From positions 1,709-65,708 of the IMG/VR virus record IMGVR_UViG_3300028025_002470: a stretch of DNA of 64,000 bases; one strand, written 5' to 3'. The position numbers and the translations under genes were made by a program. The notes below the pieces were generated by a model that did not search any database, was not told where the DNA came from, and saw only the letters and a program-made list of their open reading frames with translations. Every line of letters begins with the position of its first letter. The first letter of the stretch is position 1. Shown here piece by piece: positions 35,546 to 45,484 of the stretch. This DNA comes from a virus. Lineage: Duplodnaviria > Caudoviricetes.

Positions 35546-36159
35546 TAGTCGTTATTGATTTTGTCAGCAGGAGGAACCTGAGCTAGTATCTCGAATACTT
35601 TTGTTACTACCTGTATCTCTAGATCAGCAGACAGTGGAAGGAGATCGTAATCCCCGAGCTGGGCCATATCGACGCCAACCAATCTAAGGTAAACGTTGTT
35701 GATACCAAGACCTACCAGATCCTTGGTGAATATCACATCCTTACCTACAACCTCATAACCGATCAATCCACTCAGGTCTCCTAGAAGAGTCTGAGGTTTA
35801 ATGATTCCATAAAGACTCGTAGGAATAGGTACAAAAGGCTCATCAATCGCATCCACCTTCGATATGTGTAACACACCCATATTGCGTGGTAGGCTGACAG
35901 GTATAGCTGGAAGAGTAATCTTGCTTTTGGTTTTGTATGTTGATACTGGTACATTGTCGTATGAGAATATCATAGCATTGTTAGGTATCGTATCACCTTC
36001 CGGTACGTTGACAGCAAAGTGATCCGCCTTCAACACCTGATTACACATCTGCTCAACAAGGAGCTTGATGTCATTCTTGTGGACTCTAGCTGAAACAATC
36101 GGATTGCCAGCTATCATTCTTTGGATCTGTTCTATTATTCTACCCTTTGTTGAGCTCAT
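35545..36159 (-). CDS. Tail ring/adaptor protein
   Basis: LPAIPVSLP.NMG; synteny. Confidence 0.6.
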   Translation of the reverse strand: MSSTKGRIIEQIQRMIAGNPIVSARVHKNDIKLLVEQMCNQVLKADHFAVNVPEGDTIPNNAMIFSYDNVPVSTYKTKSKITLPAIPVSLPRNMGVLHISKVDAIDEPFVPIPTSLYGIIKPQTLLGDLSGLIGYEVVGKDVIFTKDLVGLGINNVYLRLVGVDMAQLGDYDLLPLSADLEIQVVTKVFEILAQVPPADKINND

Positions 36160-36848
36160 TGTCCTTGTCCGTTTTTAAGTTCAGCAAACTCTACAATATC
36201 ATTTGCAGAAAGATTGACACCAAGATAAGACAGAGCGCCAACGATTATATTATTGATATCATCCTGTTTCCATTCAAGCTGTGTGGATGTTCCACTGTTA
36301 TAAGTCACAACCCTACCCACCTGAGTATATCCAAATACTGGTTTAACAGGGCGCCTTAAGTAATATATTCCACCACTCTGTGCAGACTCTGGGAAGAGCT
36401 GGATCTGATTGTTTTTATTCATGATGGCAATCGGATCGTCAGAAGTAACTGGTATAACCTGAGACTCTAACCTCTCGATAAGCTCCTCTTCGTTCAGAAC
36501 CTGAACAGCTGAGTACACATTCCTAGCAAGTGTTGCATTGTATACTGTTGTATACAGGCTCAAAAGGTTCATAAAATTTGCCGGCAATGTTATAACACCT
36601 GTTGAGCTAATGGCGCCACCTGAAGCAAATGTGAACTTCTCCTTGAATGGCGAAAGCGAATCGTCTATCCTCTGACTCTTCCAGTATGTCTGACCCTGCT
36701 GAGCTGACTTGGGGTTGTTAAAGTATGTATTGAATAAAGCCATCTGGCTTATATCTAGAACACGATCGATCTCGTCGTGTGTAACAAAGCCCTGCTGCTC
36801 CTTGTCTAGGATGATCAGAATATTGTTATGGATATCATTGATGTTCAT
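36156..36848 (-). CDS. Head-tail connector/ring protein
   Basis: DKEQQGFVT, LFP, YYLRRP..P..GY, ALSYLGVNL. Confidence 0.7.
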   Translation of the reverse strand: MNINDIHNNILIILDKEQQGFVTHDEIDRVLDISQMALFNTYFNNPKSAQQGQTYWKSQRIDDSLSPFKEKFTFASGGAISSTGVITLPANFMNLLSLYTTVYNATLARNVYSAVQVLNEEELIERLESQVIPVTSDDPIAIMNKNNQIQLFPESAQSGGIYYLRRPVKPVFGYTQVGRVVTYNSGTSTQLEWKQDDINNIIVGALSYLGVNLSANDIVEFAELKNGQGQ

Positions 36849-37126
36849 TTGAATCTATTGTTAGGTACGTTCACAGTGAGTCCGATCTGCGATCCGTCTC
36901 TCCAGTTCTTATCGTTTATATAACCCTTAGGGCTATCATTCTTTGCATGTCTGGCAAAATAACTTTTCACCTGCCCCTCAGTCTTGCCACCTTTTAAACC
37001 CCACTTGCCACGGTGCTTAGGTTCGCCTCCTCTGATAGTCATCTCCCGACCCGTCTTAGGATTGGTTCCATTTGCAACCCATGCTGTCTTACCGTCTGTT
37101 GATTTACTTACTTTAAAAAGGGCCAT
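36845..37126 (-). CDS. Small basic hypothetical protein
   Basis: KSYFARH motif, Lys/Gly-rich. Confidence 0.65.
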   Translation of the reverse strand: MALFKVSKSTDGKTAWVANGTNPKTGREMTIRGGEPKHRGKWGLKGGKTEGQVKSYFARHAKNDSPKGYINDKNWRDGSQIGLTVNVPNNRFK

Positions 37127-37815
37127 CTTACCAAGTATTTAGCTGACAATAATAAAACCAGTATTGATATAACTCCCCAGAACTTTAGCTTCCAAGAGTT
37201 GGCTTCAATCTTTTCTTTGAGTGTCTTAGCCTCTGAACCTGCTATCTTTAATTCTAGAGAGTGGATAAGACTGTCTCTTTGCTTAACCTCAGAAGATAAT
37301 ACTTCTTCCTTGGCTAGGTCTCTTATGTTGTTGGTTACTGTTGTAATCCTGTATACGATGGAGTCGCTATTCGAATATGTTAATACCCCCGAGCTGACCC
37401 TAATTCGTGCACGGTTGATGGTTGTATCGAAGTCCTTGCAAGGAACATCTTTAAATACTATTGAGTCTTTGTAGACTACAGAATCTTTTGTCTTGTATAT
37501 CTTAACTGTATCCGCCTTGCAGTAGTTTCTTTTGATAACTTCCTTGGCGATAATGTCAAACTTCTTCTGATCTTTTAACACCTGCTTTACTGGGCTGCAA
37601 GATACGAACAGTCCCAATAAGATCATTTTAATTACACTGTCAATCCAGCTGTCCTTAGACATCACGAAACCGAGACCTATTGTTATAGGAGCTATAGCTT
37701 CAGACCAGCTAACGCCGTGAGTGAATACACTAACGATAGCTACCGTCATCAGGATCAACCCAATGGCGGTGGTCTTCCAACTACTGACTCTGTTTTTTAT
37801 CTCTTTTCGGGACAT
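37108..37815 (-). CDS. Holin-like N-terminus fused to a unimolecular-spanin-like lipoprotein
   Basis: SWKTT..G two-TM segment ending in SKD; LLGLFVS-C lipobox; beta and coiled-coil region; C-terminal TM. Confidence 0.6.
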   Translation of the reverse strand: MSRKEIKNRVSSWKTTAIGLILMTVAIVSVFTHGVSWSEAIAPITIGLGFVMSKDSWIDSVIKMILLGLFVSCSPVKQVLKDQKKFDIIAKEVIKRNYCKADTVKIYKTKDSVVYKDSIVFKDVPCKDFDTTINRARIRVSSGVLTYSNSDSIVYRITTVTNNIRDLAKEEVLSSEVKQRDSLIHSLELKIAGSEAKTLKEKIEANSWKLKFWGVISILVLLLSAKYLVRWPFLK

Positions 37816-38050
37816 CGACTTCTTCAGGTTTTACGGCAAACATGCGTTGAGGATAGAACTGCTGTTCAAGAACATCCATTCTCTTTTCCAGATTCTGGAT
37901 TTTGATCTGCACTTGAGCATTGGACTCAAGAAGACTCTTGACATCACTTCGAATCTCTGTTATGAGATTCCAAGATAATATACCAAAGCAGCTTATCAGT
38001 CCGGGCGTAAGCCAAGATTTAATCCTATCCTCAACGGGTACGTTTGCCAT
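37781..38050 (-). CDS. Single-TM coiled-coil protein, lysis-associated candidate
   Basis: Hydrophobic N-terminal segment followed by a heptad region. Confidence 0.55.
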   Translation of the reverse strand: MANVPVEDRIKSWLTPGLISCFGILSWNLITEIRSDVKSLLESNAQVQIKIQNLEKRMDVLEQQFYPQRMFAVKPEEVDVPKRDKKQSQ

Positions 38051-38053
38051 TTG

Positions 38054-38359
38054 TTAATCTTTAAATACGCTAAGCAATTGAGCCTTTGCTAATACTGTTA
38101 ATGATTCGTTGTTCTTGATGAACTCCTTCAGTGTAGACAGGTCACTAGCGTCGAGGTCCAGAGTTTCGCCATTGTAGCATTTCTGTGCCCAAGTGAACAG
38201 CTTAAGAGCGTCACCCTTGTTGGCGCTAGCCAGTTGTCCAGAGAGAAGCTTACCGAGAGTAATTGGTTTGTCGTCGACATCCTTAACAGCTACGCCATCA
38301 AGACCGACCAGTTGTTTGTTGAAATCAAGCATAGTAGAATATTTGTACAAAAATACCAA
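38054..38359 (-). CDS. Hypothetical protein, possibly tail-fibre assembly (likely start at MLDFNK)
   Basis: ORF downstream of the tail fibre. Confidence 0.6.
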   Translation of the reverse strand: MVFLYKYSTMLDFNKQLVGLDGVAVKDVDDKPITLGKLLSGQLASANKGDALKLFTWAQKCYNGETLDLDASDLSTLKEFIKNNESLTVLAKAQLLSVFKD

Positions 38360-38377
38360 ATATTCAAGTATGTCTAA

Positions 38378-38644
38378 TTAATTCTGAGGTACAATTGTAA
38401 CGCCGATTACACCAGCGATAATGTCATCAACATAGCTATTATCTTGTCCCCAAGCAGCAAACTCGTCTTCGGTCAATGTGTAGTTGCCAACAAGACAATC
38501 TTTGCCTTCTGCTGTTTTAAGCCTGTAGTAAGTTCCTGCTGTAGTTGCAGCTGTAGTAAATGGGAGGATTGTAACCTCGAGTTCTGTAGCGTCCCCTAGG
38601 ATCGGGAATGTAATTGGTTGGATCTGTGCCATGTTATTATACAA
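38378..38644 (-). CDS. Small acidic tail-fibre-associated protein
   Basis: Coupled to the fibre gene; FAAWGQDNSYV. Confidence 0.65.
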   Translation of the reverse strand: MYNNMAQIQPITFPILGDATELEVTILPFTTAATTAGTYYRLKTAEGKDCLVGNYTLTEDEFAAWGQDNSYVDDIIAGVIGVTIVPQN

Positions 38645-41600
38645 TTTTGAGTGTGCCTAAGTCATTCCAAATATCTCCTGCAGCAAGTCCGGTAGCTGAT
38701 GTCGGGAGGCCTGAAAGCTTTACAGCTCCTGTTACCCTCATAGTGCCGCTTACCTGCAGTTTTTCTCCTGTCGGACTCGCGGTTCCTATTAACACAGCTC
38801 CATTGAAGTAGTTCTTGTCGTCTACTCCTGCCTGATATATACCCCACCTGTCGGTCATCGTTATTCTAGCAGTACCCCATTCGGTTAGATCGTTAATTCT
38901 GATACCAGCGAAGTCTGTAAATGTGGTAACTCCTGTGCCAGTTGATGGATAGCATCCTTGTATAAGGAGTCCAGCTGCTCTTGATATTGTTCCGTTATTG
39001 TTTCCTGCACTCTGCATCTGAATCTGCATACCAGAAAGAGCTCTTGGTCTACTTCCTCCACCAGCTCCGTCTGGTAGTGTTATAGTTCCAGCTGTGTCAA
39101 ACTGTAAGTTGGCTACAGATATAGATGCTGCCCATAGTGCATCGCCTACAAGCGTTGTGTTTCCGTTAAATCTAAAGTAATGGAATCCAGAGTTAGCTGC
39201 ATATACAGCACCAGCTACACCTTGTGTTCCTGCGGGGATGTTTAGTACTTGTGAACCAAACACACCCATTGTGTTAGCATTTGCAAAGGCACCTGTAGTA
39301 ACTGTATGACTTACAGTAAGCTTGCCATTGAGTAGGTTCTGAGCTGTTCCTGATCCATATAATCCGTATCCAGTATTGTTTGACCACTCTATAGAGCGCC
39401 AGTCTGCTGCTGTGAGTGTTGGGTTGATATAAAGCCCACGAGTTGTCCCGTTGGCGCCGCCTGTTTGGTTGATTGTAGGTCTTACATACAGCGAGGTGAA
39501 TGGAGTAGATACAGCTGTATTAGGGTTGAATTGACCAATAATTTGAACCAGTCCACCTTGTTCAGCAGTTGCCGTAACTTGATTATTTATATTATTAGGT
39601 CTACCTAGGTTTAAATGGAATATACCAGTTGATTGTGTTGTTGCTTCCTTGTGACCAATGAATAGACCACTTACGCTTCTTGAGATACCACCATTAACTC
39701 CTGTTGATGGGTGAATAAAATTATTATTACCAATTTCTATTAATGCTTGGTCTTTTATAGAAACTATCTTTCCGCCATTTGGCCTTACTAGGTCTAGCAA
39801 AAAGTTACCGTCTTCTGTGTTTGTTGGAGCTACAACCCTAACTGGTCCACCAGCGACTCTAACGATACCAGTAACCTGCAACCTGTCACCAGTATCAGCA
39901 TAAGTACCACCATTCTGTATAACCAGATTACCGCTGTTGTACAGCCTCATGTTCTCCGTCATGGTTACGGCAGAACCTTCTGCTACAATAGCAGCTGAAG
40001 CTGATAACCATCTATGGTCTGCCTCTACAACGTATGAAGATCTTGGGTTAGCTTGAAATCCTATACCAGAAAGATATGCGTCAGCTGTAGATATAGAGGC
40101 TGGATATACAGCATAGTTTATAGACATACCACCACTAGAACCATTTGTTCCAATGTTTGACATGTTACCGGAAGAGTATGTTGACCGAAGCACTACTGAG
40201 CCTGCAGTAGCTTGTGCGTCACCTGCGGTAATTCGATTGGTTACTGTTAATACTCCTGCTATTGATGTAGCATCAGTTATCTTGGCAGTTCCGACCACCT
40301 GAAGACGCTCTGTGGTGTCTGTAATAGCGCCAATAGTGAAATTGCCATTTGTATGAAATCTTCCACGTTCAGCAGCATTAGCTGAAAATGTAAGCACTCT
40401 GCTTGTGTGTGCATATACATCCATCGCACTTGCAGATACTTGTATATACCCCGTAGAACTATTAGCAGTTAGTGTACCAAAAGATAAGGCACCGCCAAGT
40501 TGTACGTTTCCGCTTACACCTAATTTCCAAGTGGCATTTACCGAATTAGTTCCAATTCCCAAGTTGTTACTTGCAGCATCCCAAAAGAGATTACTGCTAC
40601 TTCCTTGAGAACTAGCTCCGGTCCAGTATGCTACCTGACCTGATACGCCTGTTGAACCAGACAAGCCTGAAAGTGTGTAGTTCGGGACGTTTAAAACTCC
40701 AGCCGAATATGTTGCTGCCCCCGAGCTGCCAGTCGTTGTCAAGCTAATAGCCGCCCTAGCTCTAGCATCTGTGTAATAAAGATTAGTTCCCTCTGCAATA
40801 TTTGTTGTAGTCAGTGTAACCGCACCAGTCAGACCGTTAACGCTTGTAACGCCACCAACATATGACGGGATATTCAGAATACCGTTAACACTGTCATAAG
40901 TAGAGGCGCCACTGGTACCAGTAGTTGTAAGAGTGATAGCAGATCTGGATCTAGCGTTTGTAAAATATAAGTTAGTTCCCTCAGTGACTTGAGTCGTTGT
41001 ATAGTCACCAGCTTGGGAAACTACCGCTCCAGTCCTTCCAAAGACAGATGTTACACTACTTACAGGAATAGCCTGACTAGACAGGATACCACTGGCGTCT
41101 GTTACGACCATCCTTACTCCCGAGCCGGCAAGGCTTGTAACCGTTGCGCTAGAGCCTAAAAGTATAACATTCGATCCACTCAGCGTAATAGGCTGGCTGG
41201 CCGTATCAAGAAGATTCCTAGACTCCATCAATCCGCCATAAGTTGCAGAGTGGTATGGATATATATTTATCCTACCGGATGTTGATGTGATAACTTGACC
41301 AATAAGTGAATCACCAACACCTAACACATTCAACCTGTAGCTACTACCGGAACCGCCAATAGATAGGTTTCCAGTTGATGTATCATATAGCAAAGAGTTT
41401 GAACCTGTTAAATTTGATGCTGAATCCCATATAGCAACCCTGCCAGCTACGCCAGACCCTGTCATATACGTGTTAGAATCAAGAGTACCATTAGCCTTCA
41501 TAAACTGATTAGCAGTACCGCCATTGATAACTACACTGTTAATAACAATACTACCACCTATGGTGAACACGTTTGTAAAAGGATTATAATTAAGATCATT

Positions 41601-41963
41601 ACCTCCATCAATCAATAAAGACACATTACCTGCAGAAGATACTAGAGGTATATAATAACTGGCGTTAACGTTTGTATTGGCTATTGTTACTGTTGCTGCG
41701 TTTCCTGTTATGCTTATTGGCCATGTGCCAGTCGGTGTTCCCCCGAGCGTCAGCGAACCTGTGCTGGTAACCGTACCACTAAGTGTAAGACCACCATAAC
41801 CACCCGTACCGCTTACGCTTGTAACAGGTATAGCCTGTGTAGACACTAAGCCTGCAGCATTAGCCACAACCATCCTAGTGCCTGTACCAGCAAGTGACTG
41901 AAGCGTAGAAGAACCTTCTACGACTAGACCAGCCTTTATGAGTATATCAGAAAGAAACTTCAT
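38637..41963 (-). CDS. Tail fibre protein
   Basis: Gly/Thr/Ser-rich; VTSV.G.TGAV and EGTNLY.T.AR repeats; GIGT/RLQV shaft repeats. Confidence 0.85.
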   Translation of the reverse strand: MKFLSDILIKAGLVVEGSSTLQSLAGTGTRMVVANAAGLVSTQAIPVTSVSGTGGYGGLTLSGTVTSTGSLTLGGTPTGTWPISITGNAATVTIANTNVNASYYIPLVSSAGNVSLLIDGGNDLNYNPFTNVFTIGGSIVINSVVINGGTANQFMKANGTLDSNTYMTGSGVAGRVAIWDSASNLTGSNSLLYDTSTGNLSIGGSGSSYRLNVLGVGDSLIGQVITSTSGRINIYPYHSATYGGLMESRNLLDTASQPITLSGSNVILLGSSATVTSLAGSGVRMVVTDASGILSSQAIPVSSVTSVFGRTGAVVSQAGDYTTTQVTEGTNLYFTNARSRSAITLTTTGTSGASTYDSVNGILNIPSYVGGVTSVNGLTGAVTLTTTNIAEGTNLYYTDARARAAISLTTTGSSGAATYSAGVLNVPNYTLSGLSGSTGVSGQVAYWTGASSQGSSSNLFWDAASNNLGIGTNSVNATWKLGVSGNVQLGGALSFGTLTANSSTGYIQVSASAMDVYAHTSRVLTFSANAAERGRFHTNGNFTIGAITDTTERLQVVGTAKITDATSIAGVLTVTNRITAGDAQATAGSVVLRSTYSSGNMSNIGTNGSSGGMSINYAVYPASISTADAYLSGIGFQANPRSSYVVEADHRWLSASAAIVAEGSAVTMTENMRLYNSGNLVIQNGGTYADTGDRLQVTGIVRVAGGPVRVVAPTNTEDGNFLLDLVRPNGGKIVSIKDQALIEIGNNNFIHPSTGVNGGISRSVSGLFIGHKEATTQSTGIFHLNLGRPNNINNQVTATAEQGGLVQIIGQFNPNTAVSTPFTSLYVRPTINQTGGANGTTRGLYINPTLTAADWRSIEWSNNTGYGLYGSGTAQNLLNGKLTVSHTVTTGAFANANTMGVFGSQVLNIPAGTQGVAGAVYAANSGFHYFRFNGNTTLVGDALWAASISVANLQFDTAGTITLPDGAGGGSRPRALSGMQIQMQSAGNNNGTISRAAGLLIQGCYPSTGTGVTTFTDFAGIRINDLTEWGTARITMTDRWGIYQAGVDDKNYFNGAVLIGTASPTGEKLQVSGTMRVTGAVKLSGLPTSATGLAAGDIWNDLGTLKIV

Positions 41964-41964
41964 A

Positions 41965-43161
41965 TTACTTTTTTATAACTATCCTGTATTGATTGGATGT
42001 TGCTACAGATCCAAGAGTCACACGAACTACATTAACAGATGTCCTTCTGATGTCGGCGTAAACAGTATCTCCTGTTGAGTTTTCGTACAATTCAACCTGT
42101 ACGTTTAGGCTATTCAGTCCGTGGGTTATATCGTATGCTGTATTTACACCATCGCCAAAACTTACAGAGAAGTTTCCTGCGGATATCTGTGCTGCGATGT
42201 ATGCAACTAAATCTGTTTGGAGTGTTAGAACACCCCCGATCCCGCCCCATACCGCACCGGGGAAGAATGAAGAAACATTGTAAGGAGGTATAGGTAGATT
42301 AGTAGGAACGTATGCAGGTATCTGGTTGCCGTTTAGAACCGCAATAAGGTCCTTAAGGTCTGTGTAGATACCAGCCATGTCAGCAACCTTAACCTTGTCT
42401 AGAATGTGCTGTAATAGCGTCTGAGCATATTCAAAGTCAGCCTTAAGTTGGGCGTACTCTAAACATGTATCGACAGCGTTATTGAGTAGCGTTTTTAACG
42501 CTGATATGTCTTGAATGATCTGTGTAGGAGTAGGAGGTGTCTGGGCATAAGTAGCCAGAGATTTGCTTACTGTCTCCTGAATCGTCAACCAGTTGTAAGT
42601 GGTATGACTATACAGTAAAGAAGATGTAAGACCTATTGTATAATTGGCGTCATAATACTGTCCGCCGAAGACTAATGTAAATGTAGAAGTAGAACCAGTA
42701 ATAGTTCCTGTTGGCGTACTTACAGCAGTCCATGCTCTAGTGATGGCGCCACTTGTATAACCTGCCTTAGCATAAGAAGTATTATCAACATACCTAAGCA
42801 GTGGAGTGAATACGTCAAAGTCTTCAGTAAGTACAAGTACCGGTGCGACATAATCAAATACGTATGTTCTGGTAAAGTTTGTAGAGAAGTATCCCGGAGC
42901 TGTAGCTGTGTACACAATTGTATATGTACCGCATTGTACGCCCCCCGAACTGTCAAGTGTTAGTGGAAAAGAAAAGGAGCCTCCTGCAGCTGTTATATCT
43001 GGAGCAGAGATGTTGCCAGTTCTAGTGTATCCATCTGGTTGGGTAATTGCAAATATACCCACAAGGCCCACAGGCGTGGACGCAGTTGTATCTGTAAGGA
43101 CAAGCGCAGGGGCTCCCGTCAAATTATACCTTACGCTGAAAGATAAATCGCTTATTACCAT
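41965..43161 (-). CDS. Structural protein, tail-associated
   Basis: Thr-rich beta protein with C-terminal GDG...ITHGLN motif. Confidence 0.65.
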   Translation of the reverse strand: MVISDLSFSVRYNLTGAPALVLTDTTASTPVGLVGIFAITQPDGYTRTGNISAPDITAAGGSFSFPLTLDSSGGVQCGTYTIVYTATAPGYFSTNFTRTYVFDYVAPVLVLTEDFDVFTPLLRYVDNTSYAKAGYTSGAITRAWTAVSTPTGTITGSTSTFTLVFGGQYYDANYTIGLTSSLLYSHTTYNWLTIQETVSKSLATYAQTPPTPTQIIQDISALKTLLNNAVDTCLEYAQLKADFEYAQTLLQHILDKVKVADMAGIYTDLKDLIAVLNGNQIPAYVPTNLPIPPYNVSSFFPGAVWGGIGGVLTLQTDLVAYIAAQISAGNFSVSFGDGVNTAYDITHGLNSLNVQVELYENSTGDTVYADIRRTSVNVVRVTLGSVATSNQYRIVIKK

Positions 43162-43211
43162 TATGCAAATATCATTATGTGATGAGTATTTGTGAATAAA
43201 AAAAGACTATG

Positions 43212-43240
43212 AAAAAGCCCGATGTAGAAACATCAGGCTT
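43212..43240 (-). terminator. Intrinsic terminator, TTTCTA-loop family copy 3
   Basis: On the - strand: AAGCCTGATG-TTTCTA-CATCGGGCTT-TTT. Confidence 0.8.
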
Positions 43241-43263
43241 AAACCAAACAACCGAAACTAAGT

Positions 43264-44097
43264 TTATTTCTTTGACTTCGATTGCAAAGTTTGATAGACC
43301 TTTTCGCCCTTAGGACTGCTTACGCAATAACTAATGAGCTCTTCTATATGATCTGATCCGGTGGTTCTAGATACTGTGAGGATTGCCTCCCCATTAGGCC
43401 AAGCAAACCTAGCCTGCTCTGCGTCGAAGACTATAACACTCTTCTTAATAGCCCTATTGATAGTTGCCTTCATCAAAGCCTGCTTGTTACCAATCAAGTC
43501 AAGGAATGACTGTGGATCGGTATCAGCAAGAGCTTCTAGTTTATTCCTCAACACCTCAAGCTTGTCTGTGTCGTCTTGACCCAGTGCTGCGATATAATTC
43601 CTAACCTCTTCTGCAGTAAGATCTACTGCAAGGTTAAGCGCCTCACGCTTGATGTTCCTCTGCTTGCTTTCCTTCTCACTCTTAGCAGCCTCGTCAACAA
43701 ATTCAAATATTATCTCCTTGCTCTCGTCACGCTTTGGATTAGATCCATTGTAGTTACAGATAGACAGGTATGTGTGAATCTCCTGATCTGCAGCTCTACC
43801 GCCGACAAGAATCAAATGTCCGCCCTGTGATGCAAAGAAATAGATGTCATGAAACAAATGTGATCCGTCAGGGTTGACAGACTTTACAGCAGCGATAGAG
43901 ACATACTCTTCCTTGATAGGATCGTAGATCTCGTCTGTGATTGGAACATTCTTTGCTGCTGGGATGGCGAACTTTCCGGGTTCCCATGGGTGTGGCTGGA
44001 TGCCATTAACACGATAAACGACTTGCTCTCCGGGTTTAAGCTTTGTAGATTCAATGAGTTCGGGAGAGACGTTGTTAAATAATTCTGTTCTTTTCAT
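43264..44097 (-). CDS. Hypothetical protein downstream of the capsid gene
   Basis: 277 aa; position and IFEFVD..K / A..DP..F pattern recall crAss-like capsid neighbours. Confidence 0.7.
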   Translation of the reverse strand: MKRTELFNNVSPELIESTKLKPGEQVVYRVNGIQPHPWEPGKFAIPAAKNVPITDEIYDPIKEEYVSIAAVKSVNPDGSHLFHDIYFFASQGGHLILVGGRAADQEIHTYLSICNYNGSNPKRDESKEIIFEFVDEAAKSEKESKQRNIKREALNLAVDLTAEEVRNYIAALGQDDTDKLEVLRNKLEALADTDPQSFLDLIGNKQALMKATINRAIKKSVIVFDAEQARFAWPNGEAILTVSRTTGSDHIEELISYCVSSPKGEKVYQTLQSKSKK

Positions 44098-44115
44098 TGT
44101 GGTTTGGTTTAAATA

Positions 44116-44141
44116 AGGAGAGGTCCATTAGGACCCCTCCT
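44116..44141 (-). terminator. Hairpin after the major capsid gene
   Basis: AGGAGGGGTCC-TAAT-GGACCTCTCCT then TATTT. Confidence 0.6.
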
Positions 44142-44147
44142 GTTTGC

Positions 44148-45467
44148 TTATTTTAGTTTAAACGCATTTTGTGCGTCAAGCATTTCGAGACCTTGAATTG
44201 AAGAGTAGTGCAACTCCAATACAGAGCGCTCGTTAGTTGGCGTAGGAGCCAGACCGCCGAGAACGATCTCACGATATTTGAAGTCTGTGTTACCTTCAAG
44301 CATGTATCTTACTTGCATACGATCTTCTTGACCACCGTCAACAGTCTTCACCTTAGTGTATGGTACACCGTAGGCTGCATCCTTAGCGTTATAACCGCCA
44401 GTGAAGTTGATGATGTTCTTGTGATCCAAGATTGGAAGGTGCTTCTTGTAGAAGGTAGTACCGTAGATCTTGATCTTGTCGATACCCAACTCGATGTCAC
44501 GACCTTCGATCTGGAACCTAGCAGCGCCAGAGATACCAGCACCGGCAGTGATACCAGCATTACCGAGGTTGTTAAACACGTCATCCCAAAGGATGTTCTG
44601 AGCGGTACCTACGAAGAGGAAGTACTCTTTTGGTGAGCGGTTCCTGTTCAACAACTGAATCAAAGCCTTGATGTCAGCGAGAGCAAGAGTACCAGCAGTC
44701 AACAAGCTGATGTCAGAACCGAGGGTAGTGATGTACTGATCAAGACCCATTGTGGTTTGAACTGGCTTGCTTTCTGCGTCAACCAGACCGGGAGATGCAG
44801 AAGAGAAGTTAGCAGCACTCTTACGACCGAACATCATTGCAGCTGCGATATCATCGCGGAACTTCAACAAAGCGTCGTGCTGACCCTTGTACATGTAGTA
44901 TGGTTTGCCTTGGAAGTCAACCTCTACTTTAGAAGCCTTCTGTACGTCGGTAACCTCGAACTTGCTCTTGAAGATCTGAACTTGGTTAGAGTACTTAGTG
45001 ATACCATACCTCTTAGCGGCAGGAGAAAGAGAACCTTCACCATTAGCGTTAGAGAAGAAAGAGATCTTGTTTGTAGCAACGAGAGTCAAGTTAGTAGCAT
45101 CGATGCTCTTTACTACGATGTTGGTAGTAGCAGCCTTAGATACAACGTAACCTACCTTACCATCAGGGAACAATACCAGTTCGCCAACATTTACGTTAGC
45201 GTAAGCAGTAGCGTCGATGGTTGCAGTAACTTGAGTAGAAGCAGAACCGGTAACAGCTGAAACAGTACCGAGAACATACATCTCTTCGTTTACGAAGTGG
45301 TGGTATTCAGGAACGCTGGTTGGCTTAGAACGGCCAGTCAGCTCCATGATGTCCATGAAGGAATACTCTTCGTTTGTGATGTCGAGAATCTTATTGAGGA
45401 TTTCCCTTTGATCGAGGAAATCGATAGACGAAACGTATTGTTTCGTGATTGAGCCTAATTGTGGCAT
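44148..45467 (-). CDS. Major capsid protein
   Basis: 439 aa after a scaffold-like gene; YSNQVQIFK, MMFG, TTMGLDQYI; strongly biased codon use; followed by a hairpin. Confidence 0.85.
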   Translation of the reverse strand: MPQLGSITKQYVSSIDFLDQREILNKILDITNEEYSFMDIMELTGRSKPTSVPEYHHFVNEEMYVLGTVSAVTGSASTQVTATIDATAYANVNVGELVLFPDGKVGYVVSKAATTNIVVKSIDATNLTLVATNKISFFSNANGEGSLSPAAKRYGITKYSNQVQIFKSKFEVTDVQKASKVEVDFQGKPYYMYKGQHDALLKFRDDIAAAMMFGRKSAANFSSASPGLVDAESKPVQTTMGLDQYITTLGSDISLLTAGTLALADIKALIQLLNRNRSPKEYFLFVGTAQNILWDDVFNNLGNAGITAGAGISGAARFQIEGRDIELGIDKIKIYGTTFYKKHLPILDHKNIINFTGGYNAKDAAYGVPYTKVKTVDGGQEDRMQVRYMLEGNTDFKYREIVLGGLAPTPTNERSVLELHYSSIQGLEMLDAQNAFKLK

Positions 45468-45484
45468 AGCTTTTGGGTTTTAAG

